A stretch of 64,000 nt of DNA from an uncultured Candidatus Saccharimonas sp. (lineage in GTDB: Bacteria; Patescibacteriota; Saccharimonadia; Saccharimonadales; OMJO01), in the NCBI GenBank assembly GCA_943353165.1, contig CALRAM010000001.1, positions 45,483 to 109,482 of the forward strand, read 5' to 3'. Below the pieces are notes generated by a model. It searched no databases, was not told the origin of the DNA, and saw only the letters and a program-made list of their open reading frames with translations. How positions within the stretch are numbered: the first letter of the stretch is position 1; each line of letters starts with the position of its first letter. A program made the position numbers and the translations under genes. Shown here one piece after another: positions 1 through 9,958 of this stretch.

Positions 1-381
1 TATGAAAGATACGGTTTTGTAGGAGGAACAGAGATTGAAGAGGGGCTAATTAAAATGAACAAAATTATAGAAAAACCTGGAAAAGATTTTGCACCGTCTG
101 ATTTGGCAAGTGTTAGTGGTTACTTGTTCACGCCTTTGATTTTTAAATATTTGCATCAGACAAGTAGTAGTCTGGAGACCGGAAAAGAATTTACAATGCA
201 ACCTTCTATACAAAAAATGATGGATGATGGGCATGATATATTTGGTTTAGAAATTAAAAATGGTAAATTTTACGACACGGGAAACAAACTTGAGTATATA
301 AAAACAGTAGTTGATTTTGCATTAAAACACGAAGACATAAAAGATGATTTTTCAGATTATCTCAAATCATTGTTTGACTGA
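1..381 (+). CDS. galU: UTP--glucose-1-phosphate uridylyltransferase (GalU-type), C-terminal part; 5' end outside window
   Basis: Frame 1 is open from nt 1 (YERYGFVGG..IIEKPGKDFAPSDLASVSGYLF..YDTGNKLEYIKTVVDFAL), which resembles the C-terminal half of GalU-type nucleotidyltransferases. TGA stop at 379-381. Confidence 0.7.
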   Translation, partial: YERYGFVGGTEIEEGLIKMNKIIEKPGKDFAPSDLASVSGYLFTPLIFKYLHQTSSSLETGKEFTMQPSIQKMMDDGHDIFGLEIKNGKFYDTGNKLEYIKTVVDFALKHEDIKDDFSDYLKSLFD

Positions 382-404
382 TTATTGGTGTATAATATCA
401 AATA

Positions 405-692
405 ATGAATCAGCCAGAAAAAATATTGGTTATAATGCTATCGATAACATTATTCCTTCTGCTCATACTGTGCATTTTGGTTGCAATTAAAACGCTACAA
501 ATCCTAAAACGGGTTAAAGCTATAACCGAAAAAACTGAAGATTTAGCGAACAAAGCTGAATCTATAGGCAATATAATGCAGAAATCTGCTGCGACAATGG
601 CATTTACAAGAGTAATAACCAATATCACAGAAAATGCTCTTAAGGCTATGTCAATTAAAAATAATTCAAAGAATAGAAGAAATGAAAAATAA
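405..692 (+). CDS. small N-terminally membrane-anchored protein (DUF948-like by architecture)
   Basis: 95-aa ORF with one N-terminal TM helix followed by a helical charged region. It overlaps the start of the YtxH-like gene by 11 nt. DUF948/YtxH gene pairs are common in Gram-positive-type genomes. Confidence 0.5.
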   Translation: MNQPEKILVIMLSITLFLLLILCILVAIKTLQILKRVKAITEKTEDLANKAESIGNIMQKSAATMAFTRVITNITENALKAMSIKNNSKNRRNEK

Positions 693-1086
693 CACAAAAA
701 AATGGGCACTAGGAGGAATATTATTGGCAAGTACTAGTTATCTTGCAGGTGTATTGACTGCACCGAAAAGCGGAAAATCAACTAGAAGCATAATCAAGAT
801 AAAAACATACAACACTAAAATGACTACAGAAAAACAACTAAAAATTTACTACAGCCAATTAAACGAATTAATCGAAAGTGGTTCTGCTCAAATTAATACA
901 ATAAAACTTGCTTCAGATAAAGATTTGAATGATTTACTTTCAAAAGCCGTAATTACAAAAAATTTGGTCAGAAAAGTTCTAAATGATATACACGATAGAG
1001 GCGCAGATAATGAAAACCTACAAAATGCAGGTGCAGAGGCCAAAAAGTCTATACAATATTTGAAAAAGTATATTTCTAGTAAATAG
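682..1086 (+). CDS. YtxH-like general stress protein
   Basis: MKNNTKKWALGGILLASTSYLAGVLTAPKSGKSTR is a typical YtxH N-terminus. I chose the ATG at 682 inside the longer tracked ORF 634-1086. Confidence 0.6.
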   Translation: MKNNTKKWALGGILLASTSYLAGVLTAPKSGKSTRSIIKIKTYNTKMTTEKQLKIYYSQLNELIESGSAQINTIKLASDKDLNDLLSKAVITKNLVRKVLNDIHDRGADNENLQNAGAEAKKSIQYLKKYISSK

Positions 1087-1167
1087 TTTTTGTTGTAATT
1101 ATTAGCGTCGCGATATGCAGGTAACTACTCTACAATAAGAGTTGTTAATATTTGAGGATAATAAGAG

Positions 1168-4100
1168 TTGAAAACAAATAGTTTAAACCCAAGTGACTAT
1201 GTGCATTTGCATAATCATACCCAGTACAGTTTGTTAGATGGCCTAACAAAAGTTCCTGCCTTAATGGATTTTATAAAAGAAAAAGGCATGAAAGCTGTCG
1301 CAATAACTGATCATGGGACTTTATCAGGTCTTATTGAATTTTATAAAGAAGCAAAATCTTCAAGACTAAAGCCTATTTTAGGAATAGAGACATACGTCGC
1401 ACCAAGATTACATACAGATAAAGACCCAGCAAAGGATAAATTAAATAATCACTTGATTATTTTAGCCATGAACCAGCAGGGTTACCGTAATCTCATGAGG
1501 CTAAGCACCATAGCTAACCTAGATGGGTTTTATTACAAACCCAGAATAGACCATAATTTATTAGAAAAATATAATGAGGGTTTAATAGTCCTTAGTGGTT
1601 GTATTGGTGGTGAAGTAGGAGACGCGCTTCGACAAGATCAATATGATGCAGCAAAAAAAACTGCCCAATGGTACAAAAAAGTTTTTGGCGACAGATATTA
1701 TCTAGAGATTCAAGACCATGGGCATAAGCTTCACCCAAAGAGCTGGAAAGAACAAGTTAAAGTTACAGAAAGTACCTTCAGGCTTGCCAAAGAACTTGAA
1801 ATACAAGCAGTTTTAACATGTGACGCTCATTATTTGAAACATGAAGACCAGCAAGCTCATGAGATATTATTGTGTGTTCAGACTGGTTCTTTTTTAACTG
1901 ACGAGAAAAGAATGTCTTTGAAAGATTTTGATTTAAATGTAGTAGATCCAGTCGATCTAATTAAACGATGGGGTAGTTCCAATCCAGAAATAATTACTAA
2001 TTCTTTAGTAATAGCAGAAAGATGTAACGTAAGTTTAGACTTTGGAAAGATATTAATCCCAAAATTTGACTTGCCTAAAAATGAAACAGAAAAAACGTTT
2101 ATGGACAGATTGGTGTATCAAGGATTAACTAACAGATATGCAAATATATCCGAAAAAAAATCTGAAAAGATGTCAATAGAAGAAGCAAAAAAATTATTGC
2201 CAAAAAAAGTTTTGTCTAGAGCATCGTACGAAATGTCAGTTATAGATAAAATGGGATTTAACGGCTATTTTTTGATTATTGCTGACTTTATAAAATGGGG
2301 AAAATCGCAACGCATAGTATTTGGACCTGGACGGGGCTCGGCCGCTGGATCAATAATCGCATATGCGCTAAAGATTACAGAGTTAGACCCTTTAGAATAC
2401 GATTTATTGTTCGAGCGTTTCCTAAATCCTGACCGTATATCTATGCCAGATATTGATATTGATATCCAAGACAACAGAAGAGATGAAGTTATAAAGTATT
2501 GTATACAAAAGTATGGAGAAAATAGGGTCGCCAATATAGTCACATTCGGTCGTATGGCAGCTAGAAATGCCGTCAGAGACGTCGCTAGAGTCTTGCAAGT
2601 ACCTTATGCAGATGCTGATAGGTGGTCAAAAATGATTCCCGCACCAATCCAAGGCAGGCATATACCTTTGAGCAAATCTTTAACTGCCGACAAAGACCTA
2701 AAACAAGTATACGAAAATGACGATCAAGCTAAAATTGTTTTTGATTTGGCAATTCAGATGGAGGGGACTATCAGAAGTCATGGTGTTCACGCAGCTGGAG
2801 TGGTGATTGCGCCAGACGATATAGTTTTGTTCGTACCACTAGAAAAAGCTCAAAAAGGCGTTGTTGCCACTCAGTACCCGATGGGTCCAATAGAGGATTT
2901 AGGTTTGCTAAAGATGGATTTTTTGGGATTATCAAACTTGACTACTATAAACAACGCGCTAAGAATTATCAAAAAAGTCTACAATAAGAGCATAGACATA
3001 AATACAATACCTCTTGACGATTTGAAAACTTACCAATTATTGCAGAGGGGCGACACTACAGGTATATTCCAATTTGAATCTCAAGGTATGAAAAGGTACC
3101 TAAAGGACCTAAAGCCAACTGTTTTTGATGACATTATAGCCATGGGCGCCCTATACAGGCCTGGTCCACTAGGCGCAGGCCTAACGCAGCGTTTTATAGA
3201 CAGAAAAAACGGAAAAGAAAAAATAGAATATGCCCACAAAAGCATGCGTTCGGCTCTCGGTTCTACCTACGGAGTTTTGGTATATCAAGAACAAGTTATG
3301 CGTATAGCCAAAGATATGTGTGGTTTTAGCGGAGGTGATGCTGATACCCTGAGAAAAGCCATAGGAAAGAAAAAAAGAGATGTTATGGCTAAAATGAAAG
3401 AGCAATTCATAACCGGTGCAATAGAAAAATCAAATGTTGATCGTGATTTTGTGGAAAAATTCTGGAAGGACCTTGAGGGGTTCGCCGATTATGCTTTCAA
3501 TAAATCTCACTCTGCTTGCTACGGACTTATTTCTTACCAGACAGCTTATTTAAAAGCGCATTACCCAGCTGCATATATGGCTTCTTTAATGACTAGCGAT
3601 TATGACGATACAGATAGGTTGGCTATAGAAATAACAGAATGCAAAAAAATTGGCATAGACGTTCTAGCGCCAGACATAAATGAGTCTTTTTTAGAATTTG
3701 CCGTTGTTCCAAAAGAAAAACAAATAAGGTTTGGCTTAGCCGCCATAAAAAATGTAGGTGCTGGCGCAGTTGATGAAATACTAAATGTCAGACCAACTGA
3801 AGGTTTCAAGAATTTACAAGACTTTTTTTCTAAAGTTAATAACAGGATTATTAATCGAAAAGTACTGGAGAGTTTAATTAAATCTGGTGCATTTGACAGA
3901 TTTGGCGAACGTAGCTTTCACCTAGCAAATTTAGATATATATATTTCGTATGCCTCTAGAAAACAAAAACAATTTTCTAGTGGTCAAACTGACTTATTTG
4001 GAAATTTGCTAGAGGAAACAACAGATTCATTACCTCAGCTAAAACTAGACTATACTGCGCAACCTATACCACTACGGGAACAATTAATGTGGGAACGTGA

Positions 4101-4800
4101 ACTACTAGGACTGTATCTAAGCCAGCATCCATTAAAGGCATTTGAAGGCGTTTTATCAGAATACACAGTTCCATTGAACACTCTAAGTTCTGAACATGAC
4201 AACAAATCTGTGAGCGTAGGAGGAAGCATTGTAGAAATAAGAGAAATTACTACAAAAAATGGGCAAAAGATGGCTTTTGTAAAAATTGCAGATCAGTTCA
4301 AAGATATTGAATTGGTTTTATTTCCTGGCATATACCAACAAACTACTGGAATATGGGAACGCGATAGAGTAGTTATAGCGAAAGGAAAGATTAACGCAAA
4401 AGATAGGAATGGTCAAAAGGGTGACGAACTAAAAATATTAGTTGAAGATGTCAGAGAGGTTACACACGAGCAAGCCGCTGCATACGAAACTACAGGTAAA
4501 AAAATAAAAACTCCAAAACCTTCTAAACTATCAAAAAAAGTTATTACAGAAAAATCACATTCAGAATCAGAAAAAACTAAGAGACTGTATCTAAAACTTG
4601 AGAACAGTAACGATCAAAAAAAACTTTTAGACCTAAAGATTCTACTAGATAAAAATGTTGGTCAAACGGAAGTTGTTTTGGTTTTAGGAGATAGTGCCAA
4701 TAAGCAAATTATTAGATTACCAGTCCGTGTTGATTCTACGAGGGATACTTTGAATCTATTTGGTGCGACAATCGGAAAAGAAAATGTAATCTTGCAGTAA
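1168..4800 (+). CDS. dnaE: DNA polymerase III alpha subunit
   Basis: 1210 aa with a PHP domain (HLHNHTQYSLLDG), the pol III alpha core (GPGRGSAAGS, PDIDIDI) and an OB-fold region. TTG start preceded by GAGGA. Confidence 0.95.
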   Translation: MKTNSLNPSDYVHLHNHTQYSLLDGLTKVPALMDFIKEKGMKAVAITDHGTLSGLIEFYKEAKSSRLKPILGIETYVAPRLHTDKDPAKDKLNNHLIILAMNQQGYRNLMRLSTIANLDGFYYKPRIDHNLLEKYNEGLIVLSGCIGGEVGDALRQDQYDAAKKTAQWYKKVFGDRYYLEIQDHGHKLHPKSWKEQVKVTESTFRLAKELEIQAVLTCDAHYLKHEDQQAHEILLCVQTGSFLTDEKRMSLKDFDLNVVDPVDLIKRWGSSNPEIITNSLVIAERCNVSLDFGKILIPKFDLPKNETEKTFMDRLVYQGLTNRYANISEKKSEKMSIEEAKKLLPKKVLSRASYEMSVIDKMGFNGYFLIIADFIKWGKSQRIVFGPGRGSAAGSIIAYALKITELDPLEYDLLFERFLNPDRISMPDIDIDIQDNRRDEVIKYCIQKYGENRVANIVTFGRMAARNAVRDVARVLQVPYADADRWSKMIPAPIQGRHIPLSKSLTADKDLKQVYENDDQAKIVFDLAIQMEGTIRSHGVHAAGVVIAPDDIVLFVPLEKAQKGVVATQYPMGPIEDLGLLKMDFLGLSNLTTINNALRIIKKVYNKSIDINTIPLDDLKTYQLLQRGDTTGIFQFESQGMKRYLKDLKPTVFDDIIAMGALYRPGPLGAGLTQRFIDRKNGKEKIEYAHKSMRSALGSTYGVLVYQEQVMRIAKDMCGFSGGDADTLRKAIGKKKRDVMAKMKEQFITGAIEKSNVDRDFVEKFWKDLEGFADYAFNKSHSACYGLISYQTAYLKAHYPAAYMASLMTSDYDDTDRLAIEITECKKIGIDVLAPDINESFLEFAVVPKEKQIRFGLAAIKNVGAGAVDEILNVRPTEGFKNLQDFFSKVNNRIINRKVLESLIKSGAFDRFGERSFHLANLDIYISYASRKQKQFSSGQTDLFGNLLEETTDSLPQLKLDYTAQPIPLREQLMWERELLGLYLSQHPLKAFEGVLSEYTVPLNTLSSEHDNKSVSVGGSIVEIREITTKNGQKMAFVKIADQFKDIELVLFPGIYQQTTGIWERDRVVIAKGKINAKDRNGQKGDELKILVEDVREVTHEQAAAYETTGKKIKTPKPSKLSKKVITEKSHSESEKTKRLYLKLENSNDQKKLLDLKILLDKNVGQTEVVLVLGDSANKQIIRLPVRVDSTRDTLNLFGATIGKENVILQ

Positions 4801-4802
4801 GG

Positions 4803-5687
4803 TTATTTAATTACTCCAGTTGTTGTGCTAAGAATAAAGCCAGCCAGTATTATTAGTAGTAATAATAGGTCAAATAGGGGATGTTTCATTAGAAATTTAC
4901 GACTACTTTTTATACTTAATTTTATGTTCCATGAATGTTTTAGTAATAATAGTAATAACCCTAGCGCTGTTATTATCCCAACAAGAAATGATATCCAAGG
5001 AGTTTTTCCTTTCGTAAGCTCTTGGGCTTTTGTTATATTTTGTTGAGTCGTAGCGATGTAAATGCTATTTTTTGTGCTTGATGATAGCGTAGGTTTAATA
5101 GTTTCTACAGAAGGCTGACCAAAGAAGGCAACTATTATAGTTTGGGGGCCTTTATCCCCAAAATTTGCACTTTTAGCAAATCCAAAACCTACTTCTGTGA
5201 ATACGCTACTTAGTAAAACATCTTTGTGGGTCTGGCTGTTCATCCAGCCGTATATGACGTTTTTACTAGTAGAAAAACCATAAGCTAGGTTTTCGCCAGC
5301 AGTATTATAAAGATATCCGGTTTCTTTTATGAATAACCATGGTTGTTGGCCATCTGGTGTTTCGTGGGACCAGTAATTTCTGGCGACCATATCATTGGCT
5401 TTGTTTTGGGCTGCTGTATTAAGTTTTGCGTTTAGTGTCAGATCTTTTTGACCAACTAGATTGCGTTGCGCATTTGTGGCTTGTAGGAGAGTCGTGTCTT
5501 TAGCATCTATAGTATAAGAAAGAACACTATGTCTTGGAAGTTTGTTGGTGTGTATTCCTCCAAAATATAATCCAAAAACTGATATGAGCAAAATTGGTAT
5601 GTACGGCCAGTAAGCTTTTAGGTATGGCTTTGTATGTTTATGTTTTGGAGATTTTACGTGATGTTTACGTATTATTTTTACAGGCAT
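4803..5687 (-). CDS. CAP/SCP (PR-1-like, YkwD-like) domain protein with N- and C-terminal TM segments
   Basis: CAP-domain signatures (NYWSHETPDGQQPW, GENLAYGF, WMNSQTHKDVLL) plus hydrophobic segments at both termini. Confidence 0.7.
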   Translation of the reverse strand: MPVKIIRKHHVKSPKHKHTKPYLKAYWPYIPILLISVFGLYFGGIHTNKLPRHSVLSYTIDAKDTTLLQATNAQRNLVGQKDLTLNAKLNTAAQNKANDMVARNYWSHETPDGQQPWLFIKETGYLYNTAGENLAYGFSTSKNVIYGWMNSQTHKDVLLSSVFTEVGFGFAKSANFGDKGPQTIIVAFFGQPSVETIKPTLSSSTKNSIYIATTQQNITKAQELTKGKTPWISFLVGIITALGLLLLLLKHSWNIKLSIKSSRKFLMKHPLFDLLLLLIILAGFILSTTTGVIK

Positions 5688-5710
5688 AAGCTTATTTTAT
5701 CACGCTTCTG

Positions 5711-6226
5711 TTAGAAAATTTGTAGATCTTCTTTATAGAACCTGGTGTGATACAGAGCCATAGCTGCCGCCTGGACGACATTGAACGATTCTTTTTTGCC
5801 TAACATTGGTATTTGTATAAAGTATTCTGCTTGATCGAGAATGTCGCTTTGTAGGCCTTCTACTTCGCTACCTAAAATAATAGCTAATTTTTTTGGCGGA
5901 ATAAAATTATTTAAACTGATAGATTTTTTTGTTTGCTCTAGTGCGCAAATTTTGTATTTTTCTAATACTAGCTTTTTTAGGAGGCTATTAATATCTTTGT
6001 GTTCCCATTTAATTGAGTATTCAGCACCCAACGAAGTTTTGTTGATTTGTTTTGATATTTTGCTTATTATATGCGGCAATCGTGTATCCGCAGAGGCTTT
6101 TGGGTAAGGAGTGTAGCCAGTTAAATATACAGTGTCTATTCCCAGACCTTCAGCTGTCCGCAACAAAGAACCTACATTGTGGCAGCTCCTAAGGTTATGA
6201 GCAATTACTACTATATTTCTTTCCAT
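5711..6226 (-). CDS. SpoU/TrmH-family RNA 2'-O-methyltransferase
   Basis: 171 aa with NVGSLLRTAEGLG, LGSEVEGL and IPMLGKKESFNVVQAAAMALY, the SPOUT-class motifs. Confidence 0.8.
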   Translation of the reverse strand: MERNIVVIAHNLRSCHNVGSLLRTAEGLGIDTVYLTGYTPYPKASADTRLPHIISKISKQINKTSLGAEYSIKWEHKDINSLLKKLVLEKYKICALEQTKKSISLNNFIPPKKLAIILGSEVEGLQSDILDQAEYFIQIPMLGKKESFNVVQAAAMALYHTRFYKEDLQIF

Positions 6227-6285
6227 TTATTATATCGTAGCAGAAATTATAAATTTTCCTTGCTTATGGTTATAATAGATACTAT

Positions 6286-7893
6286 ATGTCACAAGATGCA
6301 CGTCAAGATGAAGAAATAGCAACTTTCAGGCGCTCCCGTATACTGGGGCTCCCCTATATAAATACTAGTCAGATAGCTAACAAGACATTGTACAAGGAAG
6401 TCCTAAGCTTAAAAGAGCTCTATGACTTCAAGGTTATACCAATTGTTTACGACCAACACCATATCAGCTTTGGGATTGTAAACACAACTTCACAACAATC
6501 TATAAATAGTTTTCGACAAAGGTTTGAAGACCAACAAATTATATTTAGTTTGATATCAGATACTGGATACCGCGAATACATGAAACTTTATGATCCTCCT
6601 AAGGCTGTTGTATACGAAGATATTTCGCTAAATAGAGCAGGCAACCAAGATCTTCAAAAATCGGTTTCAGCCACCCTAGAACAAGTTAGGGCAGATGACG
6701 TTTTGGCCTATTTGGTACAGCAAGCTCACCAACTTAACTCTTCAGATATTCATCTAGAAAACCAAAAAGAATTTATCCGTATTCGGTTTCGAATTGACGG
6801 AGTTCTTCATCCAATAGCTCAGCTAAGCCGTGATAAATATAGGGTTTTGATTGCTGCAATTGCCAGCGCAGGTAATGTGTCTACATCTTCTGATGATGCG
6901 CAACAAGGGCACATAGCTACTACCGCTAAAATGGCTGACGGCAAAACAGTTGACGTAAATGTAAGGCTAGAGACGGTTCCAACCATCAACGGCATGGACG
7001 TTGTTATGAGATTGTTTAATATGAATCAATCAATGTACACACTAGACCGACTGGGCTTGTCCGTAACAGAAAGAAAAACGATAGACGAGATAATTTCGCG
7101 TCCATCTGGTTTAGTTTTAGTTGTAGGCCCAACTGGTTCAGGCAAAACAACTACCTTGTACTCAATGTTAAATACACTAAACACTGAAGAGAGAAAAATA
7201 ATAACCATTGAAGACCCTGTAGAATATCAATTTGCTGGCATTACTCAGATTTCTGTTACTACTCAGACAAACACCCAAAATAATTTTGCCGATAAGCTTC
7301 GAGCAGTATTAAGGCTAGACCCCGACATTGTCATGATAGGAGAGATTCGTGATAATGATACTGCTAAAACAGCATTACAAGCATCATTGACTGGTCATTT
7401 GGTACTATCAACTTTTCACGCTTCTTCTGCTGCTGCTGCCTTGACTAGAATGATGGATGTAATAGGAGCTAATCCGCTCTTTGTCTCTGCTATACGGCTA
7501 GTAATGGCACAGCGCCTTGTACGTAGGCTCGACGACAAGACAAAACAGCCTTATGATCCCGATGAAGCTACAAAAGCAAAGATAAAAGCTATTATAGATA
7601 CTTTTCCAGAAGGCATAGAAAGACCAGATCTATCGGTACTAAAATTATATAAAGCAGGCAAATCAAACGAAAATCCTTATGGTTTTGCTGGTCAGATAGC
7701 TATAAGAGAACAGTTCCGAATGACAGGCGAGATAAGGCAAATAATGGAACATTCCGACCACGTGCTTTCTTCACAAGATATAGAAGCGGCAGCTGTCAAA
7801 AGTGGAATGATGACGATGATTCAGGACGGGGTTTTAAAGGTGTGTCAAGGTTTGACAACTGTCGAAGAAGTATTCAAAGTCGTTGGCTTGTGA
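6286..7893 (+). CDS. type II/IV secretion / type IV pilus assembly ATPase (GspE/PilB family)
   Basis: 535 aa with Walker A GPTGSGKTT, the Asp box/Walker B region (DPDIVMIGEIRD), a His box (TGHLVLSTFHA) and a T2SSE N-terminal-like domain. Confidence 0.9.
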   Translation: MSQDARQDEEIATFRRSRILGLPYINTSQIANKTLYKEVLSLKELYDFKVIPIVYDQHHISFGIVNTTSQQSINSFRQRFEDQQIIFSLISDTGYREYMKLYDPPKAVVYEDISLNRAGNQDLQKSVSATLEQVRADDVLAYLVQQAHQLNSSDIHLENQKEFIRIRFRIDGVLHPIAQLSRDKYRVLIAAIASAGNVSTSSDDAQQGHIATTAKMADGKTVDVNVRLETVPTINGMDVVMRLFNMNQSMYTLDRLGLSVTERKTIDEIISRPSGLVLVVGPTGSGKTTTLYSMLNTLNTEERKIITIEDPVEYQFAGITQISVTTQTNTQNNFADKLRAVLRLDPDIVMIGEIRDNDTAKTALQASLTGHLVLSTFHASSAAAALTRMMDVIGANPLFVSAIRLVMAQRLVRRLDDKTKQPYDPDEATKAKIKAIIDTFPEGIERPDLSVLKLYKAGKSNENPYGFAGQIAIREQFRMTGEIRQIMEHSDHVLSSQDIEAAAVKSGMMTMIQDGVLKVCQGLTTVEEVFKVVGL

Positions 7894-7895
7894 AA

Positions 7896-9029
7896 CTAAC
7901 GAATAACGTCTGAAATAACATCAACAAGTCTGCTGTCCATCACAGATGGAATTATTTCGTCTGTAGTTGGGTTTTCTATTAGAGAGGCTATTGCTTCGGC
8001 TGCTGCAATTTTGTGAGCATCATTTATCTCGTTAACTTTGTTATCCAATGCTCCACGAAATATTCCAGGAAACGCTAGGGCGTTGTTTATCTGATTAGGA
8101 AAATCACTTCGTCCCGTTGCCATGACCGCTACACCTGCCTTGTTGGCTTCCTCCGGCATGATTTCAGGTATTGGGTTTGCCATGGCAAAAACAATGGGGT
8201 CTTTGGCCATTAATTTTATCAGCCTAGGAGTCAATAATCCGGGCTGAGAAACTCCTATAAAAATATCTGCATTTACCAGCGCATCTTCTAGTGCTCCTGA
8301 TAGGTTGGTTTTGTTTGTGTATTTGTGTAGTTTTTTCTTTTCTGGATGCAGGTTGTCCCTAGATCTACTTATAATTCCGACACTGTCTACAGCAACTATG
8401 TTTGGGTTTGCGTACAGGTGTAGCAGCTTTATTATTGCCGTACCAGCCGCTCCAGCACCAACTACAACTACATGGCAATCCTGTAACTTTCTGCCAGTCA
8501 CCTTCGCTGCATTTATTAATCCAGCCAAAACAACTATTGCCGTGCCGTGTTGATCATCGTGCATCACGGGTATGTCTAGGTCTGCAATTAATCTTTCTTC
8601 AACTTCAAAACAAATGGGTGCAGCTATATCTTCTAGGTTTATACCGCCAAAGCTAGGTGCAATTGCTTTGACTGCCGAAACAATTTCGTCAGCAGTATGA
8701 ACGTTTAGAACAATCGGAACGGCATCTATGCCTGCGAAATGCTTGAATAGCATAGATTTGCCTTCCATTACTGGCAGTGCACCATATGGTCCAATGTTTC
8801 CTAGTCCCAGCACTGCGGAACCGTCGCTGATAACTGCTACATTGTTATTTAGCCATGTGTAATCTCTGGTTTCATCAGGATGCTCGGCCACATAAGTAGA
8901 TACAGCTGCTACTCCAGGAGTGTAATAGATGCTGAGTTTTTCTTTTGTGTCAGGTGTATCTCTTAACGATACAGAAATCTTTCCTTTTAGAAGTTTGTGT
9001 TTTGCTAATGATTTTTCGGCATAATCCAT
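7896..9029 (-). CDS. NAD(P)-dependent malic enzyme (short form, no PTA domain)
   Basis: MDYAEKSLAKHKLLKGKISV.., YTPGVA, VISDGSAVLGLGNIG and GAGAAG match the malic enzyme family. I chose the internal ATG at 9029 because the tracked ORF start (9158) would overlap rplS. Confidence 0.9.
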   Translation of the reverse strand: MDYAEKSLAKHKLLKGKISVSLRDTPDTKEKLSIYYTPGVAAVSTYVAEHPDETRDYTWLNNNVAVISDGSAVLGLGNIGPYGALPVMEGKSMLFKHFAGIDAVPIVLNVHTADEIVSAVKAIAPSFGGINLEDIAAPICFEVEERLIADLDIPVMHDDQHGTAIVVLAGLINAAKVTGRKLQDCHVVVVGAGAAGTAIIKLLHLYANPNIVAVDSVGIISRSRDNLHPEKKKLHKYTNKTNLSGALEDALVNADIFIGVSQPGLLTPRLIKLMAKDPIVFAMANPIPEIMPEEANKAGVAVMATGRSDFPNQINNALAFPGIFRGALDNKVNEINDAHKIAAAEAIASLIENPTTDEIIPSVMDSRLVDVISDVIR

Positions 9030-9084
9030 GTATATATTGTAAACCATTGACCAAATACGCGAAACAGTGTAATATTTACAGGTT

Positions 9085-9600
9085 ATGCAATCTGTTATAC
9101 AAGAAATAGAATCCAGATACAAAAAAACACAAGTCGTAGACGTAAGGTCTGGCGACACTGTAAAAGTACACCAGAAAATTAGAGAAGGAAATAAAGAGCG
9201 TGTTCAGATATTCCAAGGACTAGTTATTCGTACTGACAACAAAGGTAGTCATACTAGTCGTATCACCGTCAGGCGAGTTGCTAACGGTGTAGGTGTAGAA
9301 AAAAGTTTTCTGATGCACAGCCCTTTAGTTTTAAAAGTAGAAGTTACCAAAAGAAGCAAAGTTCGTCGTAATTATCTAAGTTATATGCGTAAGCTTACTG
9401 GCAAATCTGCTCGACTTAGCGGAGTTAGCTTTGATAACGAAGCGGTAAACTCTATTGTTGACGAAAAAGCTGAAAAAGAAGAGCATGATTTGCATGAAAA
9501 AGTTGCAATTCAAGCAGAAGCCAAACTAGCAGCTGAGGCTGACGAAAAAGCCAAAAATGATGCTGCGAATGACGCTGTATTAGCTTCTCGCGAAAAATAA
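9085..9600 (+). CDS. rplS: 50S ribosomal protein L19, with a ~55-aa Ala/Glu/Lys-rich C-terminal extension
   Basis: The sequence IESRYKKTQVVDVRSGDTVKVHQKIREGNKERVQIFQGLVI is L19-like. The protein is 171 aa. Confidence 0.9.
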   Translation: MQSVIQEIESRYKKTQVVDVRSGDTVKVHQKIREGNKERVQIFQGLVIRTDNKGSHTSRITVRRVANGVGVEKSFLMHSPLVLKVEVTKRSKVRRNYLSYMRKLTGKSARLSGVSFDNEAVNSIVDEKAEKEEHDLHEKVAIQAEAKLAAEADEKAKNDAANDAVLASREK

Positions 9601-9601
9601 A

Positions 9602-9958
9602 ATGAACACGGGTATGAACACAACTTCTGCTGGTAATAGAGCAGAAGATAAAGCATGCCAATTTTTATCTAGCAAAGGCTACAAGGTTTTGCAAAGAAAC
9701 TGGAGAACCAAGCTATGCGAGATAGATATTATCGCAACAAAAGACAAAGAAGTTTTTTTTGTCGAGGTTAAATACAGAAATCAATCTGCTCAGGGCAGGG
9801 GTCTGGATTACATTACAACAAAAAAACAAAAACAGATGAAATTTGCTGCACAGTTATGGGTTCACGAATTTAAATGGTTAGAAGATTATAGCCTAGCAGC
9901 TATTGAAATTAGTGGAGAGGAATTAAATGTTACTGCGTTTGAAGAAGTAATACTCTAA
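9602..9958 (+). CDS. yraN: YraN-family (UPF0102) endonuclease-like protein
   Basis: GNRAEDKACQFLSSKGYKVLQRNWRTKLCEIDIIA..VFFVEVKYR shows the typical UPF0102 pattern. The gene follows rplS, as in many bacteria. Confidence 0.75.
   Translation: MNTGMNTTSAGNRAEDKACQFLSSKGYKVLQRNWRTKLCEIDIIATKDKEVFFVEVKYRNQSAQGRGLDYITTKKQKQMKFAAQLWVHEFKWLEDYSLAAIEISGEELNVTAFEEVIL

Noticed and set aside
9030-9158. N-terminal 43 codons of tracked ORF 7896-9158 (malic enzyme)
   Set aside because: The extension overlaps the rplS start and promoter region and is Cys/Ser/Thr-rich with no homology. The conserved malic enzyme N-terminus begins at MDYAEKSL (ATG at 9029).
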